Below are positions 10,001 through 19,634 of a stretch of 44,749 nucleotides of DNA, one piece after another (the first letter of the stretch is position 1; the number at the start of each line of letters is the position of its first letter). The notes below the pieces were generated by a model. That model had not been told where the DNA came from. It was given only the letters and a program-made list of their open reading frames with translations, and ran no database searches. This DNA is from Nostoc sp. DedSLP01 (lineage in GTDB: Bacteria; Cyanobacteriota; Cyanobacteriia; Cyanobacteriales; Nostocaceae), in contig JAVRCJ020000051.1 of NCBI GenBank assembly GCA_034530875.2, positions 1 through 44,749 on the forward strand, written 5' to 3'. Position numbers and translations under genes: made by a program.

Positions 10001-11989
10001 GCTTTAAATTGGTTGATTGGCTTACAAAAGTATTCGTTTTCTGCTGATTCTGTCCAGCGCGTGATAAATTCTCCTGCTAAACGGCGTGAATTGGCTGAAT
10101 TATTTAAGAAATATGAGTCAGTTTATCAGAGTATTAGGAAAGGATTAGATTTCCTATTATCACACTTTGATGAACATGACATCACAGATTCTTACCTATC
10201 TCGTAATCAAATTACTTTGGTTGAACTAGAGACATTCCTAAACTTGGCTCAATCTGAACTACCTTATTTTCAAGAATGGCTAACCTATAAAGAAACTTAC
10301 CAGAAAATTGAAAATCTGGCTAATGATAAGTTTTTGGATGCTTTGCGTGAGAACAAAATTGAACCAAAACAGTGGTTTGCTGTCCTCGAAAAACGAATTT
10401 ATCAAATATGCTTTGATGCCATTCTTGCCAGAAAACCTGAGTTAAAGAATTTTAACTTTGAAGTACACGAACGGCAAATAAAAGAATTTTCTCAACTTGA
10501 TTATAATCAACTAGATACTGCTAGAGAACGTCTCAAAAAACTTCACGTACAACGCTGGCAAAAGTGGGAAAAGACCTCACTTGCTCTAGCTGAACTATCA
10601 AATTTGAAAAGAGAAGCGGCTAAGAAAAGCCGACATTTACCTATACGTAAACTTCTCAACGATACACAAAAGGGAATACCAAATCTAGTCAAAGCTTTAA
10701 AACCTTGTTGGATGATGAGTCCACTTTCTGTTAGCCAATACATAAATCCGGATGTAATTCATTTTGATGTTTTGATTTTTGATGAAGCATCTCAGCTGCG
10801 GACTGAAGATGTTGTTCCTGCCATTATCCGTTCTAATCAAGTGATTGTAATTGGTGATAATAAACAGCTTCCTCCGACTTCATTCTTTTCAACTGGAGAA
10901 AACGAGGAAGATAGTGATGATGAGGACGATGCAAGCTATGAAAGCGTTTTAGATGAATGTTCAAATTTTATGTTTGGGCGAACCCTGAAATGGCATTATC
11001 GTAGTCAAGATGAGCGTTTGATAGCTTTTTCCAATAAGCATTTTTATGACTCTCAGTTGGTTACTTTTCCAAATCCAGTTCAAAATCCAGATTTGGGAGT
11101 ATGGTTCCGACACGTTCCTGATGGTGTTTACGATCGCGGTGGACGCAGAGATAATCGGCGTGAAGCACTAGTAGTTGCTCAATTAGCCTTAGAACATTTT
11201 CAACGCTCTCCCGAACAATCTCTTGGTATTATTGCCTTTAGCGAAGCCCAAGCCAATGCGATTGGAGAGCAAATTGAGATTTTGGGCAGAGAAAATCCTG
11301 ATTTTGAGACATTTGCCAGCGAGAATTCACCGCAGTTTTTTCTCAAAGCACTGGAAAATGTTCAGGGTGACGAGCGAGATGCGATTATACTCAGCGTAGG
11401 GTATGCTCGTGACGATCGAGGTCAGCTTTCTCTTAACTTTGGGCCATTGAATCGCCAAGGTGGAGAAAGACGACTCAACGTAGCCGTAACGCGGGCAAAA
11501 AGTAAAATTACGCTGGTTTCTTCCATCTTGGCTGGTGACATCGATTTAACGCGCACAAAAAGCAAAGGTTTAGAAGGACTACGTAATTACTTAGAATATG
11601 CAGCCAGTGGTGGAGAAATATTGCGAGGAAACTCTTATACGGATAAGCTTCTTTTTGACTCGCCATTTGAAGAAGATGTCTACCATGCTTTAGTCAAAGA
11701 GGGATACACTATCCGCACCCAAGTTGGATGCTCGGGATATAAGATTGACCTAGCTGTAGTCAATAATCAACGCCCAGGAGAGTTTTTACTAGGGATTGAG
11801 TGTGATGGTGCATCTTATCATAGTTTACCGACTGCCAGAGATCGCGATCGCCTCAGACAACAGGTACTTGAAAAACTAGGTTGGAAAATTCAACGGATTT
11901 GGTCAACAGACTGGTTTCGTAATAAACCTCTTCAAGTTCGTCTGTTAATACAAAGAATCAAACAACTACAACAATTAAAAAATTCGTAA
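7058..11989 (+). CDS. DUF4011 + SF1 (Upf1-like) helicase + C-terminal Vsr/MTES_1575-like nuclease; Hhe-like defence protein
   Basis: N-terminal WKAGLADLGKRNPLIKF; Walker A GPPGTGKS; DEASQ; GDNKQLPP; WHYRS; VQGDERD; RRLNVAVTRA; C-terminal FDSPFEE...KIDL...IECDG...RIWSTDW. Confidence 0.85.
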   Translation: MPQSTPKTQQNLAQKIAKWKAGLADLGKRNPLIKFRQDSPRIIEILTEEPDILFKRLTEEKKTLHFKIVSSAHQNITQSIPNKASAAEKNPLELITRQIGNEQIKRLNKLRLEARRSFEERGVNSLFLALATLTWYDKDKPEEALLSPLILVPVELIKEPKRDAYKISTLDEDFVLNPTLAQKFKQTFGIELPEGDAIQGLTYNQIIAEIKKLLGEQKIWQIKENVFLSLFSYAKAAMVRDIIENEARIFDHPILQAISGDLTTYQSNYREPLPASALDSQVKLEQIFQILDADSSQQVVIEAAKAGSSFVVQGPPGTGKSQTIVNMIAELIGDGKSVLLVAEKETALSVVYKRMAECGLDRVCLNLHHSGTTDKRELVNNLSKTIEYVKQIYGTQNNHLFFEKLVSTRQTLNLYLTSLHAKEKPLEKSPFEIFGELLRKEREGVPSINVIFSNFSQWNPSRLQQAKDLLNQLAQFIPFFKREKTTIWSKSSLYSYSFEMELKITEEIEEFQQAIFSYQKINQELQGILQVQPLLNLESLDRCYPALEYIQKAPSNLPENWTGVDISIAQDAFSILQTDVQEIEKNRLSQEAQNLLSQISSFLPFLRGEKKTIWAQSTLKSCSEALELEINNKINKFQQAISLIQTTSQQLQIILKLQPLLNLGDVEACFPALQHLLKAPDNLPENWTAINISIAQNAFTELKADVKFLKETEPYLKQKYYPGFFSAELPALANRYQKYSRFWFIRVFNPRYRRDFKLLKQLSTKKGQISHNELKRDLAQAVQIQAARNKLYQINYPARQVFGCLFNPEVSSEAELKEIEQALSWLVDLQKYSLAADSVQHIVNSPSGRRELAELVKKLESLVEDISRGMDFLFLYFNENDIIGQYRPHNQILFTELVNFLNIAQSNLPDFRKWLTYKEISGKLESLGLQDFLNALRDNKPNPIELIRNKLRHIDYQPRQVFGCLFNPEVSSEAELKEIEQALNWLIGLQKYSFSADSVQRVINSPAKRRELAELFKKYESVYQSIRKGLDFLLSHFDEHDITDSYLSRNQITLVELETFLNLAQSELPYFQEWLTYKETYQKIENLANDKFLDALRENKIEPKQWFAVLEKRIYQICFDAILARKPELKNFNFEVHERQIKEFSQLDYNQLDTARERLKKLHVQRWQKWEKTSLALAELSNLKREAAKKSRHLPIRKLLNDTQKGIPNLVKALKPCWMMSPLSVSQYINPDVIHFDVLIFDEASQLRTEDVVPAIIRSNQVIVIGDNKQLPPTSFFSTGENEEDSDDEDDASYESVLDECSNFMFGRTLKWHYRSQDERLIAFSNKHFYDSQLVTFPNPVQNPDLGVWFRHVPDGVYDRGGRRDNRREALVVAQLALEHFQRSPEQSLGIIAFSEAQANAIGEQIEILGRENPDFETFASENSPQFFLKALENVQGDERDAIILSVGYARDDRGQLSLNFGPLNRQGGERRLNVAVTRAKSKITLVSSILAGDIDLTRTKSKGLEGLRNYLEYAASGGEILRGNSYTDKLLFDSPFEEDVYHALVKEGYTIRTQVGCSGYKIDLAVVNNQRPGEFLLGIECDGASYHSLPTARDRDRLRQQVLEKLGWKIQRIWSTDWFRNKPLQVRLLIQRIKQLQQLKNS

Positions 11990-12105
11990 AGAAAATTCTA
12001 GGCGTACTTACAGCAATCCATCCTGCTTTTTCAGGTGCGATCGCTCAAGCAACCATCTCATACCATTGTCCCAACACTCCAAAATAATTTGTAATATTTA
12101 ATATT

Positions 12106-12130
12106 TGATAAACGAATTATTCGTTTATCA
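12106..12130. promoter_or_regulatory. perfect 12-1-12 palindrome, candidate operator
   Basis: TGATAAACGAAT-T-ATTCGTTTATCA. Confidence 0.55.
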
Positions 12131-12502
12131 TACATTTGTGTTGTCCAGCACATATTTTTTTGGATGTATTGTGTAAACTTTATCTTTAAACGTCTAGTAA
12201 TTGGGTCAATACCTGAATACCAGACACGATTACTTCAAAGCTTTACAGGAAAACGATTTTATAACTCTGCCATCCAAGTATTTTTGGATGGATGTTAGCA
12301 CTTGAAAGCTTAATTCTGTCCTCTTGTGATAGGTGAGTTACCAGCAATTTATAAGAGTTTGAGCAAAATACATCAGGCTCTTAGGGTGAATACAAGATAC
12401 CTCAAATCGAATTCCCACAATTATTAGTGGCATACAAAGCCAGATGAGAGAGAAACATTATCCTCATCCTCTTCATCCTTCCTATTCGCCAAAACTATCG
12501 AT

Positions 12503-13945
12503 ATGACAACAACGACTAACCCCGATTTCAGAGCTATTGAGGCACTACGTCTAATCGGCCCCGATCCGGAGAATTGGGTAAGCGATCGCCCAGGCATCGA
12601 TCGCAATGTGACAATAGTAGGTGGCAGTGGCAGCGGTAGTGTCTTTGCATTTGCCCTACGCCGTGCAGGTATCGGCGGCGTGACAGTAATCGATGCAGCC
12701 GAAGACGAAGCCCATGCTGGTGTGTGGCTGACACGAGCGCGGATGAAAAAGCTCCGCACGCCCAAGAACTTACCCGGCCCGGAATTAGGCATCCCAGAAC
12801 TATCTTTTCAAGCATGGTACGAAGCGCGCCACGGTACTGAGGCATACGCGGCCATAGACCGGATTCCGCGAGAAACTTGGGCTGAATACCTCAGCTGGTA
12901 TCGGCAGTTTCTCGGCATCTCAGTTCGTTACCAAACAAAGTTGGTGCGGGTCGAGCCAGCCGCAGGTTTCTTTCGCCTGCACCTTGAGGTAAACGGTGTG
13001 CCGCAGGTGGAAACCACACGTAAGATTATTTTCGCCAACGGTGTGGCTGGTACTGGTGGCCCAAATATCCCTCAAGTATTGGGTGATTTACCACGCACGC
13101 TGTACGCACATACCGCCGATGCTATCGATTTTGAAGCACTGCGCGGTAAGACTGTAGCAGTTTTGGGTGCAGCGGCTTCAGCTTTTGACGCAGCAGGGGT
13201 AGCCCTAGAATCAGGAGCTAAAGCAGTACATTTATTTGTACGGCGACTGACGATCGCATCTCTACCAGTGATTCGGGCGCGGGGTTATGCTGGCGCTTAT
13301 TACAACTATCCACAACTACCTGATGCAGCTCGTTGGTTCCAGGCTTGGCGATTCCGGCAGGCAGGCTCTACACCACCACCTGACGCCATTGAGCGAGCGA
13401 TCGCTTTTCCCAACTTCCACTTGCACCTATCTGCACCTTGGAAATCTGCACAGGAAAAGGGCGGACGCATCCTCGCTCAGGTAAACGATGATGTTTTCGA
13501 GTTTGATTTTGCCATCGCTGGTACTGGTTACTTCGTTGACCCGACAAAACGTCCCGAACTAGCCGACTTTGCCCACCACATTGCCCTGTGGCGCGATCGC
13601 TACCAACCACCAGCCGACCAGCGCGACGACAATTTAGGAACCCACCCCTACCTCGGTAGCGCCCACGAATATCTAGAGAAAGTACCTGGCACTGCACCCT
13701 ACTTGAAAGATATTCATGTCTTCAATCCTGCTGGTTTCGTCAGCTTCGGTCTGCCAATTGGTGATGTACCCAGCATTCGTCGCGATGTGCCAGCAATAGT
13801 GTCCCGCATCAGCCACGACTTATTCTTCGCTGACTGGGAGCAGCACGAAGCACGCATCACCAGCAACAACATCGCACCCGACTTTGAAGACTCACTGTAC
13901 GCTACTGCCGTTTGGAAACAGCCAGCTAAGGTTGCGGTTGGCTAA
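12503..13945 (+). CDS. FAD/NAD(P)-dependent oxidoreductase (flavin monooxygenase-like)
   Basis: Two Rossmann-like motifs (IVGGSGSG, VLGAAASAFD), ARMKKLRTPK, IAGTGY. Confidence 0.85.
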   Translation: MTTTTNPDFRAIEALRLIGPDPENWVSDRPGIDRNVTIVGGSGSGSVFAFALRRAGIGGVTVIDAAEDEAHAGVWLTRARMKKLRTPKNLPGPELGIPELSFQAWYEARHGTEAYAAIDRIPRETWAEYLSWYRQFLGISVRYQTKLVRVEPAAGFFRLHLEVNGVPQVETTRKIIFANGVAGTGGPNIPQVLGDLPRTLYAHTADAIDFEALRGKTVAVLGAAASAFDAAGVALESGAKAVHLFVRRLTIASLPVIRARGYAGAYYNYPQLPDAARWFQAWRFRQAGSTPPPDAIERAIAFPNFHLHLSAPWKSAQEKGGRILAQVNDDVFEFDFAIAGTGYFVDPTKRPELADFAHHIALWRDRYQPPADQRDDNLGTHPYLGSAHEYLEKVPGTAPYLKDIHVFNPAGFVSFGLPIGDVPSIRRDVPAIVSRISHDLFFADWEQHEARITSNNIAPDFEDSLYATAVWKQPAKVAVG

Positions 13946-14020
13946 AAAAGTGGCAAAGGAGAAGTTGGAGTAAGCCTTTGCCCTTTGCCCGCATCCTTTT
14001 GCCAATTTAAAGCTTAATTT

Positions 14021-15259
14021 TTAGAAAAATCCTCTTTGTGGCAGGAGTGTGCCGTTGATTTCGTAGTCTCCGATCGCACGAGCCTTAAAATGATTGGGAT
14101 TGTGTGAGGATAAGGTGCGGGCGTTGCGCCAATGGCGATCGAAGTTGGAGCTTTTCTTGGTAGTAGAAGCCCCGCCAACTTCAAACAACAAGGTAGCCGA
14201 ACGTAATGCTAAATCATCCACAATCAATTTAGCTTTGGCTGCGCTTAATGAAGCTGCCAGTGCCGCAGCGGTCTGGGACTCCTCTCCTTGGGCTTTGGCA
14301 GCAGGAAGGCGATCGAGAGCATCAGCTGCTGCTAAAACAATCGCTTCAGCAGCAAAGGCATTGGCGGCAATCTGACCGACGGTCTGCTGCAAGATGGGGT
14401 CGTCTGATGCTTGCTCGCTGACAGCATGGTAGAAAGTCCTCTTTCGAGTACGTACAAGGGCTGTTGCATCGCGCAGAACGCTGCGAATAATGCCAGCATT
14501 GATTGCTGTCAGGAATAATTGCGGGACAATGTTGTATGGCAGGTTGTCTTTGTCTGTGTCTGTCTCCAAAATTACTTCATCAGCCTCGACGCGGACATTG
14601 GTAAAGATAGTCGTTCCCGTGCCTGTAAGCCTTTGCCCGAAGCCGTCCCAGTCATCTATAAGCTCAATTCCCTCGCGCTTAGTAGGAATGAGTATGAACG
14701 CTGTTGTACCATCGGGTACTAATACACGCACAAAAATCAAGTCTGCATAAAGACTACCGGTGCTGTAATACTTCGTTCCATTCAGACGATAGCCATCACC
14801 ATCAGGTGTTAATTTTGTATTCACAACTTGACCGCCACCGGCTCGCTTGACTTCTAGTTCGGTGGAAGCGAGTCCAATAATCGCGCCATCAACAACAGCC
14901 TGGAGCCAGCGACGATTCCTTTGGGTGCGTTCGGAACGCAAAATTCGCTCAGTTACGGAAAAATGATTCCGCACAATATGAGCGACGTTCGGATCGGCAT
15001 CCCCCAGCCGAATCACGACCTCGAAGAGTTCGCGTGCAGTACTACCACTACCACCTTCGGCAACAGGAATTCGTAATGCACCTAACCTAGAACGCCGGAT
15101 CGATTCAACCACATCAAAAGGGAGAATCCGATCGCGATCGCGCTCAGAAGCTCCCAGAGCGATAAAATCGAACAGTGTTTGCAGTTCGGGAGAATTTGCT
15201 TTCACAGGAGCTGAGAAATGGAAAGTAGAATCTAAAGCTTTTTCTTCAATTTGAGTCAT
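14021..15259 (-). CDS. acyl-CoA dehydrogenase-fold flavin-dependent monooxygenase (SfnB/DszC-like)
   Basis: LNGTKYYSTGSLYAD, DDWDGFGQRLTGTGT, FDRHWRNARTLSSHNP. Confidence 0.88.
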   Translation of the reverse strand: MTQIEEKALDSTFHFSAPVKANSPELQTLFDFIALGASERDRDRILPFDVVESIRRSRLGALRIPVAEGGSGSTARELFEVVIRLGDADPNVAHIVRNHFSVTERILRSERTQRNRRWLQAVVDGAIIGLASTELEVKRAGGGQVVNTKLTPDGDGYRLNGTKYYSTGSLYADLIFVRVLVPDGTTAFILIPTKREGIELIDDWDGFGQRLTGTGTTIFTNVRVEADEVILETDTDKDNLPYNIVPQLFLTAINAGIIRSVLRDATALVRTRKRTFYHAVSEQASDDPILQQTVGQIAANAFAAEAIVLAAADALDRLPAAKAQGEESQTAAALAASLSAAKAKLIVDDLALRSATLLFEVGGASTTKKSSNFDRHWRNARTLSSHNPNHFKARAIGDYEINGTLLPQRGFF

Positions 15260-15316
15260 TGTTGTTCTCTGTGATTATCGTAAAACATCTACACCCTCTG
15301 TTGTTGACATTGACCT

Positions 15317-15931
15317 TTAGCCTTTCAACAAGGGTGAAGTATGTCCCCACTGTCCAGTAAACACAAATTCTGTCAACGGTTTGCGGGTGCGGGGAGCTAA
15401 TTCGCGATCGCGTAGTCCATCAGGAAGGCTTTGTGGATTGCCAGGATAGCCAATTGTAACTACAGTTATAGGCTCATAGTCTTCTGGAATCTGATATGTT
15501 TCCCTGGCGGTATCTGCATTAAATCCCGCAATTTGATGGGCAAATAAATCCAAAGAAGTCGCCTGAATGATTAAGTTTTCTAAGGCCAGTCCCACATCAT
15601 GAAATGCGTGTCTGTTTGTCTTGCCATCGTCATTGCGGATTTTTGCAACCGCGAGTATTAATACCGGAGCATTTATAGCCCATCCTTGATTAAACTCAAC
15701 CAAGGTACTAAGTAGACGATTGTATTCTGTGGTGTCATCTTTGGTAGCAACAATAAAACTCCAAGGCTGATAATTGTAAGAAGAAGGTGCCCAACGAGCC
15801 GCTTCTAGCAATGAAAGTAGTTTATCCTGCTCAACTGGGCGATCGGCAAAAGCTCTAGGACTCCAACGGTGCCGAATCAAGTCATGAACAGGGTATTCCG
15901 TCTGGGCAAGTTTCTGCGTCATCTGAATCAA
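15317..15931 (-). CDS. nitroreductase-family flavoprotein
   Basis: RWSPRAF, ARWAPSSYNYQPWSF, IGYPG; ATG at 15922 is the likelier start. Confidence 0.9.
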   Translation of the reverse strand: MIQMTQKLAQTEYPVHDLIRHRWSPRAFADRPVEQDKLLSLLEAARWAPSSYNYQPWSFIVATKDDTTEYNRLLSTLVEFNQGWAINAPVLILAVAKIRNDDGKTNRHAFHDVGLALENLIIQATSLDLFAHQIAGFNADTARETYQIPEDYEPITVVTIGYPGNPQSLPDGLRDRELAPRTRKPLTEFVFTGQWGHTSPLLKG

Positions 15932-16797
15932 TTTCCTTGTTGATACTCTATTGGGGTTTGCAGTAATAAACTATCTCTGCTGCATCAATAATTAACTGCG
16001 GTTTTTCAGCAGCTTGTAAGAGTTAACAATACTTTTTTTTAGAGAATTAACTATATACTCCTGTAAATCCGTAGAATAACAGGTGTTTTGTTATAGTACT
16101 GCATGAATGAGAGGATAATCAAGCATCAGCTACTACAAAATTAAGAAGGCTAAGAAATATTGAAATAAATTTCAAAAAAGAAATATTTATTTTGAGATAG
16201 TGATGGAGTCGACTATGAACTAGGCAGTTAGACTTACAAACTAATGACCAATGCGCCGCTAACGTGTGTGTTTGTTGCGTTATTTTTCAAATTTGTATAA
16301 ATATGCTTAACGAGTACTATTGCCAGCAGGCTTGATTTTTAATAAATTTATATGATAGTGTGCGTTAATTGCAAAATACTGTTGGTCAATAGATTTTTCC
16401 TACTTTAATAAGTGTAGAACTTTTAAATTTTGATTTTGGAGAACAAGATTGAAAATCCAAAGTTGAAATTTTAATACTACTTGTTACCATGTTTTGAGGT
16501 ATGAGGTTCCCCATATCCCATCAGTTATCCCCTACATTTTTTTGCAAATAATATTGTCAACTGCAAATATGAAAACCCGTCGCTATATCTTAGTGGCGAT
16601 CGCTGTTTGTGAAAGCCTAATTATTTTGGAACACAGCGAATTATCTTGAGAAAATCTCTCTGTGTACCTCTGCGTTAAACTCCGCGTGCTTTGCGTTGAG
16701 AAAAAAAGTTAGGATTTGGCGCGATTTCACAAAGGAATAGTATTACAAGGGTAGATAATAATTCAGTATAATTTTAAAAATCTCTCAATAATTTAAT

Positions 16798-17115
16798 ATG
16801 AAACTTTATTACATCACCTTGAACAATTCAGACGAAGCCCGTCAGATTGGCCGTGCTTTGTTAGAAAAAAAACTTGCTGTTTGCGTCAATTGGTTTCCTA
16901 TTACCTGCGCTTATATATGGCAAGGAGAAATTACAGAAGAACCAGAAGTAGTGCTAATTGTCAAGACTCAAGCAGGTTATGGCGATGAGATTGAAAAATT
17001 AATTAGCCAGCACATTAATTACACTAACTTCATTGCAGAAATATCACCCACTAATATTAATGAAAAATTTTCAGCATGGTTGAATGCTGAAATTCCCTTA
17101 CGCGATACACACTGA
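16798..17115 (+). CDS. cutA: CutA1 divalent-cation tolerance family protein
   Basis: IGRALLEKKLAVCVN, YIWQGEITEEPEVVLIVKT; 105 aa. Confidence 0.85.
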   Translation: MKLYYITLNNSDEARQIGRALLEKKLAVCVNWFPITCAYIWQGEITEEPEVVLIVKTQAGYGDEIEKLISQHINYTNFIAEISPTNINEKFSAWLNAEIPLRDTH

Positions 17116-17140
17116 ATTACTTGTGCTGGACTGCGATTGA

Positions 17141-18196
17141 TTAAACTACAGGTTGTAGATATCTGACACGAGGCATTACTTCTTCAGCAAAGCGGGTCAT
17201 TTCTCGTACAAAAGGATTGAATTGCAGCATAAATGTATCGATACCTGCATCCACAAAAGCTGCAATCCTAGTAGCAACAGTGTCGTAGCTGCCAACCAAG
17301 CCTGCGGCTGTACCACCATTGCCACCAACAGCCGGATTTTTAGCGAAGAGTTGGAACATTACTGCTTCTGGGTCAACACCTTTAGCAACGCTTAATTTCA
17401 AGTGTTGTTCTTTTTTCTGAAGTTCCATGAGTCGCTGTAGTTCTACTTGCGCCTCTGCATCGGTAGGTCGAGCAATTACAAAGGCTGATAGGCCAAAACG
17501 TACCGGCTGGGGTAGCTTGCGCGGTCTGCTCAAAACTTGCTTAATTACCTGACGCACATCTTCTAATGGCTGACCGTTGATAAAGTAAATATCTGCTTGT
17601 TCAGCCGCTAAAATCTGGGCCGGATCGGATGCACCACCGAGGTAAATTCGGGGATGGGGTTTAGCAATGGAACTAGGACGCAAACTCAAATCTGTAATTT
17701 TGAAATATTCTCCCTCAAAATTAACTTTTTCCCCACTCCACAAAGCTTTGACAACCCGTAACCATTCGCCAGAATAGCGGTAGCGTTCGTCATGGGGAGG
17801 AAAGGGAATATTAGTGCGTTCCATTTCTGGACGGAACCATGCACTAATCAAGTTAATGGCAAAACGACCGCGACTAATAGCGTCAATTCCTAAGGCCATC
17901 TTCGCCAGAACAGCTGGATGAAATAACAAAGGCTTAATGGCTGCGATAATCTCAATTTTTTCTGTAGCCTCAGCCAAAGCCGCACAAGCCGTCCAAGTTT
18001 CTAGCTGTTCTAACTCTAAACTGCGTGGGTTGGCGATGTGCTGCGCCACCAAAGTTGTAGCGTATCCTAAGCGTTCGGCTGCTAAGATTAGCGATCGCGA
18101 TCGCTCATAACTAGCATCGATTGGTTCTTCTTCAGTATCTAGCGGCCCAAAATTACCACCAACAGGTGTCCAAATACCATAACGTGGTTCTGACAT
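17141..18196 (-). CDS. LLM-class flavin-dependent monooxygenase (SsuD/SfnG-like)
   Basis: AAERLGY, DAISRGRFAINL, PRIYLGGAS, GLVGSYDTVA; ATG at 18196 preferred over TTG at 18241. Confidence 0.9.
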   Translation of the reverse strand: MSEPRYGIWTPVGGNFGPLDTEEEPIDASYERSRSLILAAERLGYATTLVAQHIANPRSLELEQLETWTACAALAEATEKIEIIAAIKPLLFHPAVLAKMALGIDAISRGRFAINLISAWFRPEMERTNIPFPPHDERYRYSGEWLRVVKALWSGEKVNFEGEYFKITDLSLRPSSIAKPHPRIYLGGASDPAQILAAEQADIYFINGQPLEDVRQVIKQVLSRPRKLPQPVRFGLSAFVIARPTDAEAQVELQRLMELQKKEQHLKLSVAKGVDPEAVMFQLFAKNPAVGGNGGTAAGLVGSYDTVATRIAAFVDAGIDTFMLQFNPFVREMTRFAEEVMPRVRYLQPVV

Positions 18197-18382
18197 AACG
18201 AACTCCGAATTAAGTGGGGATTGGCAGGAGAAAACTGGCAATAAATCTTTCTCCTTGTCCTCTTTCCATCACAAATGAGAGCGATCGCACTTTAGAAAAA
18301 TGCAATATTAAAACGGGTATGAGGGGGAAAAAATGGTCGTATTGAGTCCAGAAATTGGAATAATTTGTTTTTTAGAATTCCC

Positions 18383-18432
18383 TTAACAATATAATACGGT
18401 AAATTTATCAAGTTACTGTATTATATTGTTAA
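18383..18432. promoter_or_regulatory. 50-bp near-perfect palindrome in the divergent promoter, containing the shared 26-bp motif
   Basis: TTAACAATATAATACGGTAA-N10-TTACTGTATTATATTGTTAA, 19/20 complementary. Confidence 0.7.
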
Positions 18433-18522
18433 ACTGCGATCGCTTCCTTTGATATATTGGCAACCCAATGGAAGCAAACGATTGCAAACACAGCCCTCTG
18501 GGTAAAACTTTGGAGAATTTAT

Positions 18523-19491
18523 ATGAGCAACAAGCACATTGAAGTCAAACCGGTAGCTGGTTTCATCGGTGCCGAAATCGGGGGCGTAGATCTTTCGCGT
18601 CCTCTTGCTGATGAAGCAGTTGCAGAAATTCGTCAAGCACTGTTGAAGTGGAAAGTCATCTTCTTTCGCGGCCAGAACATCGACCATGCTGCACAGATTG
18701 CCTTCACATCTCGTTTTGGCGAAGTGACTTATGCACATCCTCACGAAGATGAACCAATCGAAGGCTTTTCAGAAATACTGCCAATTGACCGCAGCCGCTA
18801 CGAACGCAAGAATGGCCTGCGTCGTTCCAGCTATGAAAGCCGTTGGCACACAGATGTCACAGCAGTTGTTAACCCACCGACGGGTTCTATTTTGCGGGCA
18901 GTTAACGTCCCTAGCTTTGGTGGCGATACACAGTGGACTAACTTGGTTGCAGCTTACGAGGGTCTGTCAGCACCTCTGCGGGCGCTAGCAGACACATTGA
19001 AAGCAGAACATCGCTTCAATGCTCGGTTGCGTTTACCAAGCAGCAGCAAACTTGTTCAGCGCATTGCAGCTAATCCCCAGGTTTCTATTCACCCAGTAGT
19101 GCGGGTGCATCCGGAGACCGGCGAACGCGCCTTATTCGTCAACCCCGGTTTCACCTCCCATATTCTTGATGTCTCACCACAAGAAAGCGAGTTACTGTTG
19201 GAGTTGTTCTTCAACCAAATCACCAAGCCCGCTTATACCACCCGCTTCCGGTGGAACAACGGCGACATTGCATTCTGGGACAACCGCGCTACCTCACATT
19301 TAGCGCCCCAGGATCTAGACCATATAGAAGTCGAGCGCGTACTGTATCGCACCACCATTACTGGTGATATTCCTGTCGGTCCCGATGGTTTCCGTTCCCA
19401 AATAGTTGAAGGTGAACCCTTAACTAGTCAATTACCAACTGTCTTGAAGAAGAAAGCCGAGAAGCTAGAACCCCAACCAGTGCTTTCGTAA
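18523..19491 (+). CDS. TauD/TfdA-family 2-oxoglutarate-dependent dioxygenase
   Basis: IGAEIGGVDL, WHTD (HxD), GGDTQW, HPVVRVHPETG, WDNRATSH; ATG at 18523 with upstream GGAGA. Confidence 0.93.
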   Translation: MSNKHIEVKPVAGFIGAEIGGVDLSRPLADEAVAEIRQALLKWKVIFFRGQNIDHAAQIAFTSRFGEVTYAHPHEDEPIEGFSEILPIDRSRYERKNGLRRSSYESRWHTDVTAVVNPPTGSILRAVNVPSFGGDTQWTNLVAAYEGLSAPLRALADTLKAEHRFNARLRLPSSSKLVQRIAANPQVSIHPVVRVHPETGERALFVNPGFTSHILDVSPQESELLLELFFNQITKPAYTTRFRWNNGDIAFWDNRATSHLAPQDLDHIEVERVLYRTTITGDIPVGPDGFRSQIVEGEPLTSQLPTVLKKKAEKLEPQPVLS

Positions 19492-19500
19492 ACTATATAG

Positions 19501-19616
19501 GCAGGGGAGCAGGGGAGCAGAGGAGCAGGGGAGACAAGGAGATGGGGAGAAAACTTACAATAAATCTTTCCCCTTGTCCTCTTCCCATGCCCTATGCCCA
19601 ATGCCCCATACCCAAT
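19501..19616. repeat. short tandem repeats (GGGGAGCA; TGCCCCA-like)
   Basis: Directly visible 7-8-bp tandem units between genes. Confidence 0.75.
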
Positions 19617-19634
19617 AACGTAAAGGATTAACCC

